From: Octopus sinensis
Lineage: Eukaryota
Assembly (NCBI RefSeq): GCF_006345805.1
Contig: NC_043001.1
Span: forward strand, 114,266,001 to 114,330,000
Direction of reading: 5' to 3'
DNA length: 64,000 bases
Shown here: positions 51,593 to 64,000 of the stretch, piece after piece
How the letters are laid out: the number at the start of each line of letters is the position of its first letter
Position numbering within the stretch: the first letter of the stretch is position 1
Program-made: the position numbers and the translations under genes
Notes under the pieces: generated by a model
The model's database searches: none
What the model saw: only the letters and a program-made list of their open reading frames with translations
Told to the model about the DNA's origin: nothing

Positions 51593-52866
51593 ATTATTAG
51601 AGTAGACTATTTTACGCATGTCGTTTCCGTATGTTTCGAATGTAGTTTTATTAGTTACTCGTTCCTAGAAATATATTGGCTTTCATTATACGTAACATAG
51701 CCTAAAATCCATGTGCAATCCAAGGTTTAATTCCAACAGTCTTTCGGTCGATTGTATTCAACAGCGAATGGTGAATGACAATAATTTATAATTTTCTTTG
51801 TAGGTAATCAGGTAGTCTCCAACGGGAAATTGTTTCATCACACAACCGCAATAACCGAATCATATACTTTACTGGTGAGTCAGCTGCAAATTTGTATAGA
51901 AAACTAATTTAAAAAACAAACAATAATAACTAAATTAGTAAAGCAAAATAATAAACTTTGTACTTTTAATTTTGGTATCAGACTGTTTTACACATTATGA
52001 CAAGAAGTAAAGAAGTAAAAAATTTCAGAGTATTGTCAAGTTTACAAGACTTGACTAACATTAAAAGAAAATCTGCAGGAAATTAAATTATTTGATATGT
52101 TTCTTCTTTGAAATAGGTTGTTTCATTAACTCAATTTTCCCTTAATGCGTCGCAAGATATTTAATTAAATATCTACATACATTAATCTATGTGTGTGTGT
52201 GTGTGTGTGTGTTCGTGCGTGAGTGTGTTTATCTGTCTCTCTGTGTGCGTGCGTATTTGCTTGTGTGTGAGTGTGTGTGTTTGTGATACACACACACATG
52301 TACATATCGGATACACATCGATATGCTCACAGCATGTTCTGCTTGTTCAGTTTTTAATAGAGAAATTAACAAATGACTTTGTTGTTGTTGTGTGGCTCTA
52401 ATCAAGTTTGATTGATATTTCCCATAATCAAAGGAATTGTATCTGCTGTAAGCATCGACTATATATAAAAATGAAAAGATATATATTTCTTGAAGACGGT
52501 GGGACGTCATTTTATCGAACTTCGTTGCCATATGTATCAACACCAACGATCATGTTCAGCAGCTCGCTCTTTGAAGGACGCACATCTTCAGACATCATCA
52601 GTCTTTTCGATTGTCCACTAGGTCTTAGTAAGGATTGCTAGACAAGTATTGCTCCAACTACAATACGTCTTTAAAATGGTAACTTATATGTTTATTTTAT
52701 ACTCTCCGTAATATAGGAGATTTCTTGTCAGTTATAATTCCTAATGGTCTACTGGGGTTAATGCGTAGCTCTATATATTTTTGTATGTATATATGTATAT
52801 ATATGTATCCATCTGTCCCTCTCTCTCTACCTACACCTACATGTATAAGTATATAATATATATATA

Positions 52867-52867
<1 letters not shown>

Positions 52868-52902
<35 letters not shown>

Positions 52903-53138
52903 CTAGTTTCAGCTTATGAGCTGTGGCCATGCTGGGGCACCGCCATTTGGTGTTGCTACTTGGTTTCACTTCACGAAAGCTTTCTAGCAACTGCCATTTG
53001 GTGCATGAGAGAGTTCGATGCAGCTGCCCTCATCTGCCCCTCCTGCCGTGAAGCTGGTTCACCTGGGACACCTGGCAGGAAGAGATCCAGCTTCATTTTA
53101 AAGACATCTGCATCCAGCTTCATTTTAAAGACATCTGC
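52868..53138 (-). mobile_element. CR1/L2-clade LINE 3' terminus with (TCAA)n tail
   Basis: ADVFKMKLDLFLPGVPGEPASRQEGQMRAAASNSLMHQ, then a tail shared with SINE D; 27-bp duplication at the 5' junction (53085-53138). Confidence 0.8.
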
Positions 53139-53158
53139 ATTTTATATATTAATATATA

Positions 53159-53413
53159 AAATAAAACATATGCATATATATAACATATATGTACGTACCT
53201 ACCTCTACATGTACATATACACGCATATATGAGTACAGGACACCAAAGGGACGTCGAACACAATGAGAAACGAAAACATGGTTTGTGTCTATGTTTTCGT
53301 TTCTCATTGTGTTCGACGTCCTTTTGGTGTCCTGTACTCATATATGCGTGTATATGTACATGTAGAGTAGGTACGTACATATATGTTTATATATATATGC
53401 ATATGTTTTATTT
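53159..53413. repeat. 255-bp near-perfect foldback with 11-nt loop
   Basis: Arms 53159-53279 and 53291-53413 are reverse complements (GAGTACAGGACACCAAAGGGACGTCGAACACAATGAGAAACGAAAACAT). Confidence 0.9.
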
Positions 53414-53474
53414 CATTTATTAATATTATATGATGAAACGCACGCACCCCCTTAAGTAATATATATATATATAT

Positions 53475-53536
<62 letters not shown>

Positions 53537-53587
53537 ATATATGGATATATGGATGTATGCATATATATAGATGTATACACATGTGTA

Positions 53588-54713
<1,126 letters not shown>

Positions 54714-56452
54714 TATTTACGTATGTAAATATATAAACGTCTATATGTATACTTATATTTGCTTAACTACTAATATATGTGTATGTATGCATGTATCTAT
54801 GTATGTATGATTAAATATCGCATTTTCCACTTCTAGGAAAATACTTTCTTGCATTTCGGCATTGTTCTATTCTTTTGTTATTTTGTTTTACGATCACTAC
54901 GTTTGTCAAATATTTCACACTGAACTTCGAATACAGAAAATAAGAGCATTTAAGAATGATGACAAATGCGTCAAAATATTAGCTACAGATAGAAAGCTAG
55001 TAAAATATATGAGCAGCCCTTGCCAAACCGTCCCTTAATAAGGTGAACTCTATTAAAATGTTGACTTATTCCGAATTTTCTTGAATGTAAAATTATTTTA
55101 AATAATTGTTGATTCCGAAGTGAATCAAAAATTTTGAAATCCTTTTGTTTTACCATCTTCACATACGTTAGACATTCCTCTTAATATTAATAATTTGCTA
55201 ACTCACAAATTATACCATTCCTGATGAAAAGCGCTTCAACATACAACTCAGCTATTCTTGCCTAGAAGACATCTCAGCTATCATTTTGCTACAAGACTTA
55301 AAATCATACAGATTCACAGCTTACACAGCAACAACTTAACTGCAGTGATAGAAGTTGAGTCACATCCTCCGAAGAGTATTCTATCTTCTTATTCGAAATG
55401 TCATGCTGAGGAACGTTGCGAGTTTACTCTAACGTGTTCAAGGAGCGCTACAATCAAACATCTTCACCAATTTAGGTTCAAGAAAACAATGCCCCCACAC
55501 TTTATCTTGCGTATTTAAAACCTTAGTAACAGGTGGCCTTCTTTTCATGCCATAACTTGGAGTTTTTACGGTAGAGCAGCTCTGCATGAGAGTTTTATTA
55601 TGTAGTCAGAGATTCTATCTCTCTGTGAAACTACATATTATGGAACAATTGGGGATATTCATCCCTACGTTTTCTGAAGTGATTACAGAGAAAGATGAAC
55701 CGTACTCATAGCAGGGAATCAAACAAACGAAGCTGGGAAATAATGTCATAAAGTGTGGGATATGACCGGGTTTCCACAATTGTCAACGAATTGTTGACCC
55801 ATATTCTATCCGCTCGTAGTGTGTAGTGTTTGAAGTCATATTTTCTAGGCAAAAATATAATCCCGTGTGAACAACATATTTCTTGCGAACAGTATTTAAT
55901 CTCAGCAGTGTTCCCAACTAGTTCTGTCATCAACTGAAACACAATAACAAAATATCGAATATATCTAGATTAAATCACGTAAAATCAACGGTTGCTTATC
56001 GTTCAGAATACATCAGTAAACAACACAAAGGCAATAATTGGTGCTACAACTGTAGCTCTTCGTTAAAATACATTACTTACGAAACAGAGAATGCTCGATT
56101 AATCTAAGTCCAAATTATGGTTATATACATATATATGCATATATATGTATAGATTTATATATACACACGCACACATTCGTTCCATCGTGTATAGTGTAGT
56201 GTGTGCGCGACCCTGTATATGTATACATGTGTGTGTGAGTGTGTGCGTGTGTGTGCGTGTTGTATGTGTATTTGTGTTACAAGATGTCGCAATTTCCATT
56301 TCCATATATAAAAAACAGTCGCCAAGAAAGTATCTTGAGATGATTTATCCACGTTATCACGTGGTGGAATCAAATCTGAAACTATGTGGTTGTGAAAGCA
56401 TTTTCTTCGATTTCGTTCTGTATATGCAGTATATTTTAATGTTGTAGCTCAT

Positions 56453-57202
56453 TTCCGCTGTTTACAACAGTGCTTGGAAGGAAGGTGTGCAGCCTCTGAT
56501 TGTTACATCGACCATTACAGAGAAAGTTGAGCAGAGAATCTGCATCAAATTTTGCCATAAACTTGTTGATACCTGCTCAGAGGCCTACGCAAAGTTTTCG
56601 AAAAATTTTCATCGTTCTCGACACAATAAAGAAGATCTTGTGCAACTGAAACCCGTGTGTCTTCTTGGTTAGTTAAAATAGTTTTGGCACAAACTTGGCA
56701 GACACGTGTCTCATAACCAAATGTTTACTGGAACGAACCGAACCGTAACTAATCAGCGCATCCTCTGATAACTCACGGATGGTGATTCGATGATTTGCCC
56801 TCAAATTTGCACGCACATCTGTGATGTTTTTCTCAGTTCTACTGATTGCGGGTCTCCCAGAACGTTCGTCAATATCGACATTTTTTCAGTCAACTTGGAA
56901 ATGTCTGAATCACTCGTACACCTGTGTGTGTCTCATGCACTCCTCTCCATAGGCTTTCTTCAAGTTTGTGTAAGCCTCTGAGCAGGTATCGCCATGACAA
57001 CTTTCTCTGTCATGGTCAATGCGACTATCACACGCTACACACCTTCAGTCATAGCACTGCTGTAAACAGCGGAAGTAAACAAAGACATTAAGACTTGGTG
57101 CGCATGACAGCAGAGTACAATGTCAATTTTTACCAAGTGGCATTACTCTGTGTGCTTTAGCATTGCTACTATGGTAACAGTCCAGATACTTATTGATCAG
57201 AC
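56453..57202 (-). mobile_element. Mariner of a second family: 5' half plus an inverted copy of its own 5' region
   Basis: Minus frames DERSGRP, ITIREL and AKFVPKL; TIR-like CTGATCAATAAGTATCTGGACTG at ~57178-57201; plus-strand EKVEQRICIKFCHKL at ~56520. Confidence 0.8.
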
Positions 57203-57209
57203 ACACACA

Positions 57210-57370
57210 CAGACTCATATAGTTGAAATTTAAAGAAAAACAAAAGACGAAGACAGGTGTATGAACAACAAGCAAGTGCATGAGTTTAACACCCGGGAAA
57301 AAGGAAATGTCTTCAAGCATTCGCTCCTCAACAGAAAGGAATAAGAGAAAGTAAACAGAGAGTGAGTGAA
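57210..57370 (-). mobile_element. Second, more degraded copy of the 3541-3715 family
   Basis: AAAGAAAAACAAAAGACGAAGACAGGTG and AAGCATTCGCTCCTCAACAGAAAGG. Confidence 0.65.
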
Positions 57371-57462
57371 AAAGACCCGTATGTTTCAAATTGACCTTAA
57401 CCTAATCAAATTACTATATATGACTTGAGATACTCGTCCTGCATTGGTCTTTGGTGTCCTTT

Positions 57463-57770
57463 TCCTCAGTGAATAGAGCATCGAACTTATGATCGTGAGG
57501 TTATGAGTTCGAATGCTGGACCGGGCTGCGCGTTGTGTTCTTCAGCAGTTGCTCCAGTTCACTCAGCTGTAGAAATGAGTTGCGATGTAACTGGTACCAA
57601 ACGGTGTCGGCCGTTGCCGTTCCCTTGGATGACATTGGTAGCATGAAGAGGGGAGGCTTGTATGCATGGGCCACTGCTGGCCTTCTGCAAACAACCTTGC
57701 CCGGACTTGTGCCTCGTAGGGCAACTTTCTAGGTGCAATCCCATGGTCATTCGGGACCAAAGGGGTTTCC
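57463..57770 (+). mobile_element. SINE family C
   Basis: Homologous to 25727-26045. Confidence 0.85.
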
Positions 57771-57994
57771 GTATATATATATAATGGCATACAAAATTTT
57801 TTCTTTGCCTATATGGTGAAAAGAGACGCTAAACTGTCGAACCACGTTAAAAAATCTTAACTATAGTTATTACATACGTGTCGAAACGAGGAAGTAAGCA
57901 AACGGAAATTCATAATGTTGAATTATATACACACACACACACATACACTCACTCACACACACAACACTCACACACACACACTCACACACACACA

Positions 57995-58077
<83 letters not shown>

Positions 58078-58949
58078 CATATATACACACACTCACAGAA
58101 GAACCAACTCCAGTATCATTTTTATATTATGGCGCTAGATTAAAGGATCATTGATAATTAAATGACTGGTGGTAGACTAAGTATAGAACGGCATTTAATA
58201 GAACAGAAATGCTAATCGTTGTTGAGTTTGTTTGCGTCGAGAGCACTTTACTTGCACATCATAGATAGCTGGGGTAATGTAGAGAAACGTGAAATGTAGC
58301 ATCATCTGCATATCGAAATGCTTACGAAGAAGAGAATAGAAGAATCTAACCTTGAGCCCGCAGAATTGACTAAACAAGGAACAATGCTACTTGACAGATG
58401 TTAGACTGATGGTTCCTTCATACATAGATACCATGATTTCAATGCGTGACATATTCAGATTCCCCTCGGTTCAACTGTCGCATTTATGGGTCATCAAGCA
58501 AATACACGTCAGTTGCTAGATGCATTCTCTATAAGTTTCAACAGTCAAACAAGTTTTACGGCAAAATTATGTACATATTCTCATACAGAATTCATTAAGA
58601 TATTTGTTTTATGATGTTCTATATAATTTTTGCTGAACGCGCTCGAGAATATAATACATAACTTTGAATATAACATGATTTAGACTATAATATTTTCAAT
58701 TTGAAATATTATTATATAAAGCAATGTCAAATTCATGATATCCTCTACGTACAAATAAAATTAATGTCGTGATATATTCCAATAAATTAGAGTTTGTGAT
58801 ATCACGTAATAAATGGAGTGTCGTAATATCTTTCTTACTAATATTGATTTCCATCGTCGGAATAACGCCAACTTTGTGAGTTTATCAGAAATACGTATTT
58901 TATCTACACCGATGGACAACATTTATAACCAAATTCAGTGAGAACCAGT

Positions 58950-59480
58950 CTCAGAAATATCCATTTCTAAATAGATTACGTAAATAATCCTTTCTGTGTG
59001 TAATTTTCCCCAACACTACAGACAAACTGTTAGTCGAAACGAGTTTGCATCTGGCATGTTGACTGCGGCAAGGTGAGGTGTGTTTGGGGAAGGTTACAGG
59101 GGACTGAAGCATAGCACCATCAGAATGATAATGAGCGTTGGTAGGTGTGATGTTATTTAATATGTATAGAAAGAAGGGACAGGAGGTCAAAAGCGTATAC
59201 CCGATGGAGTGATGCACAGATGGAATGTCGACCAAAAAGGGCTTCATGCAAACATGTGGCGTTAGTGTAATTTGACAGCAAGTCAGTTGATCAGAGATAG
59301 GATGAGCGCATTGACGGCAATTTTTTTACGTTTGGCAGGAGGATCGCGTGATCGACATAGTCGAAAGGTTTGCTAATGTCGAGTGCGAAAATATTGCTTT
59401 CAACAATTCGTTCCATTACTAGAGCCCACTGATGGATAGAATGAGAGATTAGACCACCTGTATGCCTGATGTTTTTATGG
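58950..59480 (-). mobile_element. Degenerate L2/CR1-clade reverse transcriptase fragment
   Basis: HTGGLIS...ESNIFALDISKPFDYVDH (ALDISKAFDxVxH motif), followed by decayed segments at the expected positions of the QG and YADD motifs. Confidence 0.7.
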
Positions 59481-60188
59481 AAATTGAACTGGTGATTATT
59501 AAGGAAAGGGCAATTCAGAGAGAAAGAAAGAGAGAAGGACAAAGAGAGGGAGAGAAATGGTAAGAGAGTGATTCGAATTGTTCGAGTAAATTGTTCTTAA
59601 TGAGTGTCTCCATTTCTAAGATGCTAAAAATGACATTTCGTTAATTAGCTGCGTCAGGAAGGTTTCGTTTCATTGGAATGGGAACATAGAAGTGTCACCC
59701 CAAAAACCTGTACATATCCCCGTAGCCAGAAACAGATTGAAGTGTTTGGTAAAACTAGGAGCCAGGTCTGTGATATAGCATTTAACAGGAACGAAAAGAC
59801 ACCAGAAGCGGTTGCCTTGTTGGTTCGAAGTAACAAGTAATACTTTTGCATTTAGCGTTTCTGTACGCAAATTGGTGGTCCTGGAAGGGTGCAAGGGTAT
59901 ACGAACGTGGGGGTTTCCTGAGTATATGCAGTGTTGAATTGCCTGCAAAGAACCAGCATATAATTAAAGTTGAAGGTTGAAACTTGTGTCTGTTTTACCT
60001 GCAAGGAGAAAGAAATAATTTATCAGTATCTTTCCACTCCGAGAAACACGGGAATACACAATGTGGTCGCATATGTATATAGATATAAACATATATACAT
60101 TGATATATGCACATATATGTATAACTATACACATTCACTTAAATTTATCGCAACCCACGCAAAATATGTAGTATAAATATATATATAT

Positions 60189-60228
<40 letters not shown>

Positions 60229-60262
60229 TGTATACACATATATAGGCACACATATATGTTTG

Positions 60263-60335
<73 letters not shown>

Positions 60336-60454
60336 ATATATATATGTATATATATATATTATATGCATACATGAATAGAGCCACATACATCTATGTTTAT
60401 GTATATGTAATATATATACATGCATACATATATACATACACATACACATATATG

Positions 60455-60517
<63 letters not shown>

Positions 60518-60974
60518 GCATAGATACACACACACATACATACTCGCACACATATACACACGATCTACTCTCAAGTCAGTTGTATGACTAAAAGTGCTCA
60601 AGTGAAAGATGATACGAAATACTTGCCCTCCTGCAACTTGCAACTACCATCTTGTTTAATGCAATTAATCATGACGTATAAGTGCATCGTTGTTTCTACT
60701 CTCTAAACTATTATCTCTAAAAAAAACAAAAAAACATTATCTTTTTTTCTCAATATAAGACTTAAGCGACACTTGTACGATACGTGTTCATATTAGTTTC
60801 GTTCGTTATATACATTCTTATTTTATTTTCTAAATTAATTAAATTATTTACTTGATTGTACTCATTCAAGTATTCTGAGAGATTACTTATGAAGGTTGAA
60901 TTCTGTAGCTTAAAATTTCATAAACTTTCTCATATTTTTGTTTTTCCCTCCTTCTCTTCCTTCCCTCTCTCTCT

Positions 60975-61013
<39 letters not shown>

Positions 61014-61056
61014 GCTTTCTCTTTGTATATATGTGTGTTTATGTATGTATGTATGT

Positions 61057-61512
61057 ATGTATGAACGAATTTGTGTATCTATGTATGAACGAATTTTTGT
61101 ATCTATGTATGAACGAATTTGTGTATCTATGTATGAACGAATTTGTGTATCTATGTATGAACGAATTTGTGTATCTATGTATGAACGAATTTGTGTATCT
61201 ATGTATGAACGAATTTTTGTATCTATGTATGAACGAATTTGTGTATCTATGTATGAACGAATTTGTGTATCTATGTATGAACGAATTTGTGTATCTATGT
61301 ATGAACGAATTTTTGTATCTATGTATGAACGAATTTGTGTATCTATGTATGAACGAATTTGTGTATCTATGTATGAACGAATTTGTGTATCTATGTATGA
61401 ACGAATTTTTGTATCTATGTATGAACGAGTTTGTGTATCTATGTATGAACGAATTTGTGTATCTATGTATGAACGAATTTGTGTATCTATGTATGAACGA
61501 ATTTGTGTATCT
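61057..61512. repeat. 24-bp minisatellite ATGTATGAACGAATTTGTGTATCT x19
   Basis: Counted unit by unit; G>T variant in units 2, 7, 11 and 15; A>G variant in unit 16. Confidence 0.97.
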
Positions 61513-62233
61513 ATGTACTTATGTGCGCATGTAGGCATGGAATAATTTTATAATTATTTCGAACAATTACAACTTTAAATTAAGTTGTATTGCTGATGAC
61601 GTTAGCAAGAATACTTAGTAATAATACCGTAATCCTTTATTTAATGTCTACCGTAGCAGTGGAATAAAATAAATCTCTTTATAGAGATAAGAGAAGTTGC
61701 AGTTCTTCTTTTAGAAATGAAGAGCTTTTTAGATAACTTCAAATTAATGAATATCCTATAAACATTCGTAAACGTTAAACAATAGCGTGATGAAGCAAGC
61801 ACGTGTTTTCCTCACATTTAGGGGAGAATATAGGTGGGTACTCAGTCTGCTAGACATAGTAACCAGATATAAAAAGAAGAAAGGCAGGATACACTATATC
61901 TGTAAATCGGACCATATAGCCATACCCGAAATACCTTGACAATAAGTCTCCCGATCATGGATCAGTGTTAATTTGGAACTAAATAACAACGGTAACATAA
62001 AGTAAACATATAAGAAGAAAAACACACCCATGCGAGTGCGCAGGTGTGTGTGCGTGTGTGTATACATACACACACGCACACATTAATATATACATGCATA
62101 TATTTTTGTGTGCGCATGTGTGTGAATAGCCAAGCAACAACGTATGGTATGTTGCGAAATGCAATATACAATAGTGTATGCAGGTCGCCCAAAGTTTACA
62201 CCTAATTTTAATTGTACATAATATATTAGATTA

Positions 62234-62484
62234 TGGAGGCGCGTGGCTTAGTGGTTAGGGTTCCAGCATCATGATCGTAAGATTGTGATTTCGATTCCTG
62301 GACTGGGCGAGTGGTTGTGTTCTTGAGCAAAACACTTCATTTCACGTTGCTCCAGTCCACTCAGCTGGCAAAAAATGAGTAACGCTGCGATAGACTGGCG
62401 TCCCGTCCAGCTGGGAAACACATGCGCTATTGAAACCGGGAAACCGGGCCCATGAGCCTGGCTATGCTTTAAAAAAAGGCGCAT
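62234..62484 (+). mobile_element. CORE-like SINE related to family C, with a different 3' tail
   Basis: GGAGGCGCGTGGCTTAGTGGTTAGGG...TTCGATTCC...GTGTTCTTGAGCAAAACACTTCATTTCACGTTGCTCCAGTCCACTCAGCTGG. Confidence 0.88.
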
Positions 62485-63848
62485 TTGTTATTTTTTAATA
62501 TGTTAGATTATGAAATCCACAGGAAAAGAAAGGATGAGCGTAGCTGCATCGCGTTTGATGATAAATATGCCAGGAACATCAATAACGAATCCACTAATCT
62601 AAGGTCTACAAGGCACCCTCTCTTATAGGATCACTGGATTTACGAGAAACAATAGCCGAATCGAAACCTTCCCATATGAAAAACGGAAATGTTCATCGAA
62701 TATTTTAGCGCTAGATGTACGTTTTGAAAAGAATGAGTCGGTAGTGGCATGGCCTAAACACTTTTGATTCAGTTTGCCTAATCCGAACTTATCTTGAGTA
62801 AACCAATGAAAAGTAACCATTAATTTTTCTGTGTGTTTTAACATTTTTAAGGGATAAGCTAATAATACATAATTACATATCTGTCCCCTATAACCAATAA
62901 AGCCTGATCGCTCTAGTCTCGAGCATCGGTTCCCTTAACAAAAGTTAATGTAGGAGAACATTAAATGCTGAACTCGGATATATTATATTTCACACATGTA
63001 TAATTTTGATAACAACGCCGATATACACGCATAAAATGGTAAATCTAAGTAGCCGATGATTATGATAGAGACACCCTTCTGCAAATGTACTATATTTTAT
63101 CACAAACAAAAGTTAGATTCAATAATGTTAGTTATAGGTACACTGTATTTAACAAAATGATGATATATTTACGGCCTATCAGTCTGAGACGAGATGGGTT
63201 ACTCAATATCAACGACAGTTCAGAGATTATAAGTGCAGACCGGAATATGGTGGCAATACAATATAGTCTAACATCCACCAACAATACCTTACAATATCCC
63301 ACTGCATGATGCTGTGCCGAGTGTAGATAGCTGGATGAATCTATCATTCATCTAGAGCAATGGATCGGTGTATAACACACCGTGGCTTATCTATTTATAC
63401 ATTATAGTTCCAATTTGGAAATGAAAGTAAGAGCTACACAAATGCTATACGACTAAAATGTGATTCATTGGTAGCAAGTGATGTGAAAATATAGCTTGCG
63501 TGATTTATGCAAGTAATAGATGGGGAGATATTAATACATTTTTGCTTCACATTTTTTTTATTCCTTTACATTACACACTCGGATGTATACATTGTGAGTG
63601 ACAGCATGTGCTACCACAGCTACGGCTTAAATATTCCCTAAAATGTTCAGCGAGTCCAGAAATAAGGCAAGGGCTTTCTTTTCCGTAAGAACTTTTCTCT
63701 ATTATAGCTTCAGAAAGCATGAAACATATACGATTTGTTTTGTTTCTCAATCTTGAACTCTTTTTTTTTATTTCTCTCTCTGTTTCTCCTACCCAACCAC
63801 TCTCTTTTTGTATTCATATATACATACAGAGACAGGAATATACATACA

Positions 63849-63880
<32 letters not shown>

Positions 63881-63882
63881 CC

Positions 63883-63960
<78 letters not shown>

Positions 63961-64000
63961 TAGACAAAGTGATTTAGATATATATATGTATGTGTGCGTA

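Noticed and set aside
59658-59836. Plus-strand open frame EGFVSLEWEHR...
   Set aside because: Weak splice sites and no recognisable homology.
61057-61512. CRISPR-like array or repeat protein (229, 202 and 198 aa ORFs)
   Set aside because: There are no spacers, the context is eukaryotic, and the ORFs follow from a 24-bp unit lacking stop codons in those frames.

Overview
AT-rich, microsatellite-dense metazoan DNA, most likely octopus. This is inferred from the tRNA-derived SINE families and the density of (TA)n, (ATT)n, (GAA)n and (AGAT)n repeats; no database search was run. No intact host protein-coding gene is recognisable, and most ORFs in the track are microsatellite artefacts. The window is dominated by transposable elements: a cluster of R4/Dong-type (restriction-like endonuclease) non-LTR elements in (TAA)n repeats at 38.7-48.4 kb, a young RTE LINE nested in one of them with an 11-bp TSD, CR1/L2 fragments, four mariner remnants, a non-autonomous Helitron and at least five SINE families. 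The most interesting signal is a set of unrelated short repeats carrying minimal type-I hammerhead-ribozyme motifs with self-complementary stem III. They sit in Penelope-like inverted or partial-tandem arrangements next to microsatellites, and one is fused behind a tRNA head, suggesting a Penelope-mobilised SINE/retrozyme-like chimera. Other points: a SINE and a CR1-like LINE share a 3' stem-loop with compensatory changes, all 11 LINE fragments lie on the minus strand, and there is a candidate plus-strand first exon at about 24.3-24.8 kb. SINE family labels A-E are my own. Coordinates were counted by eye; ends of degenerate elements are approximate.
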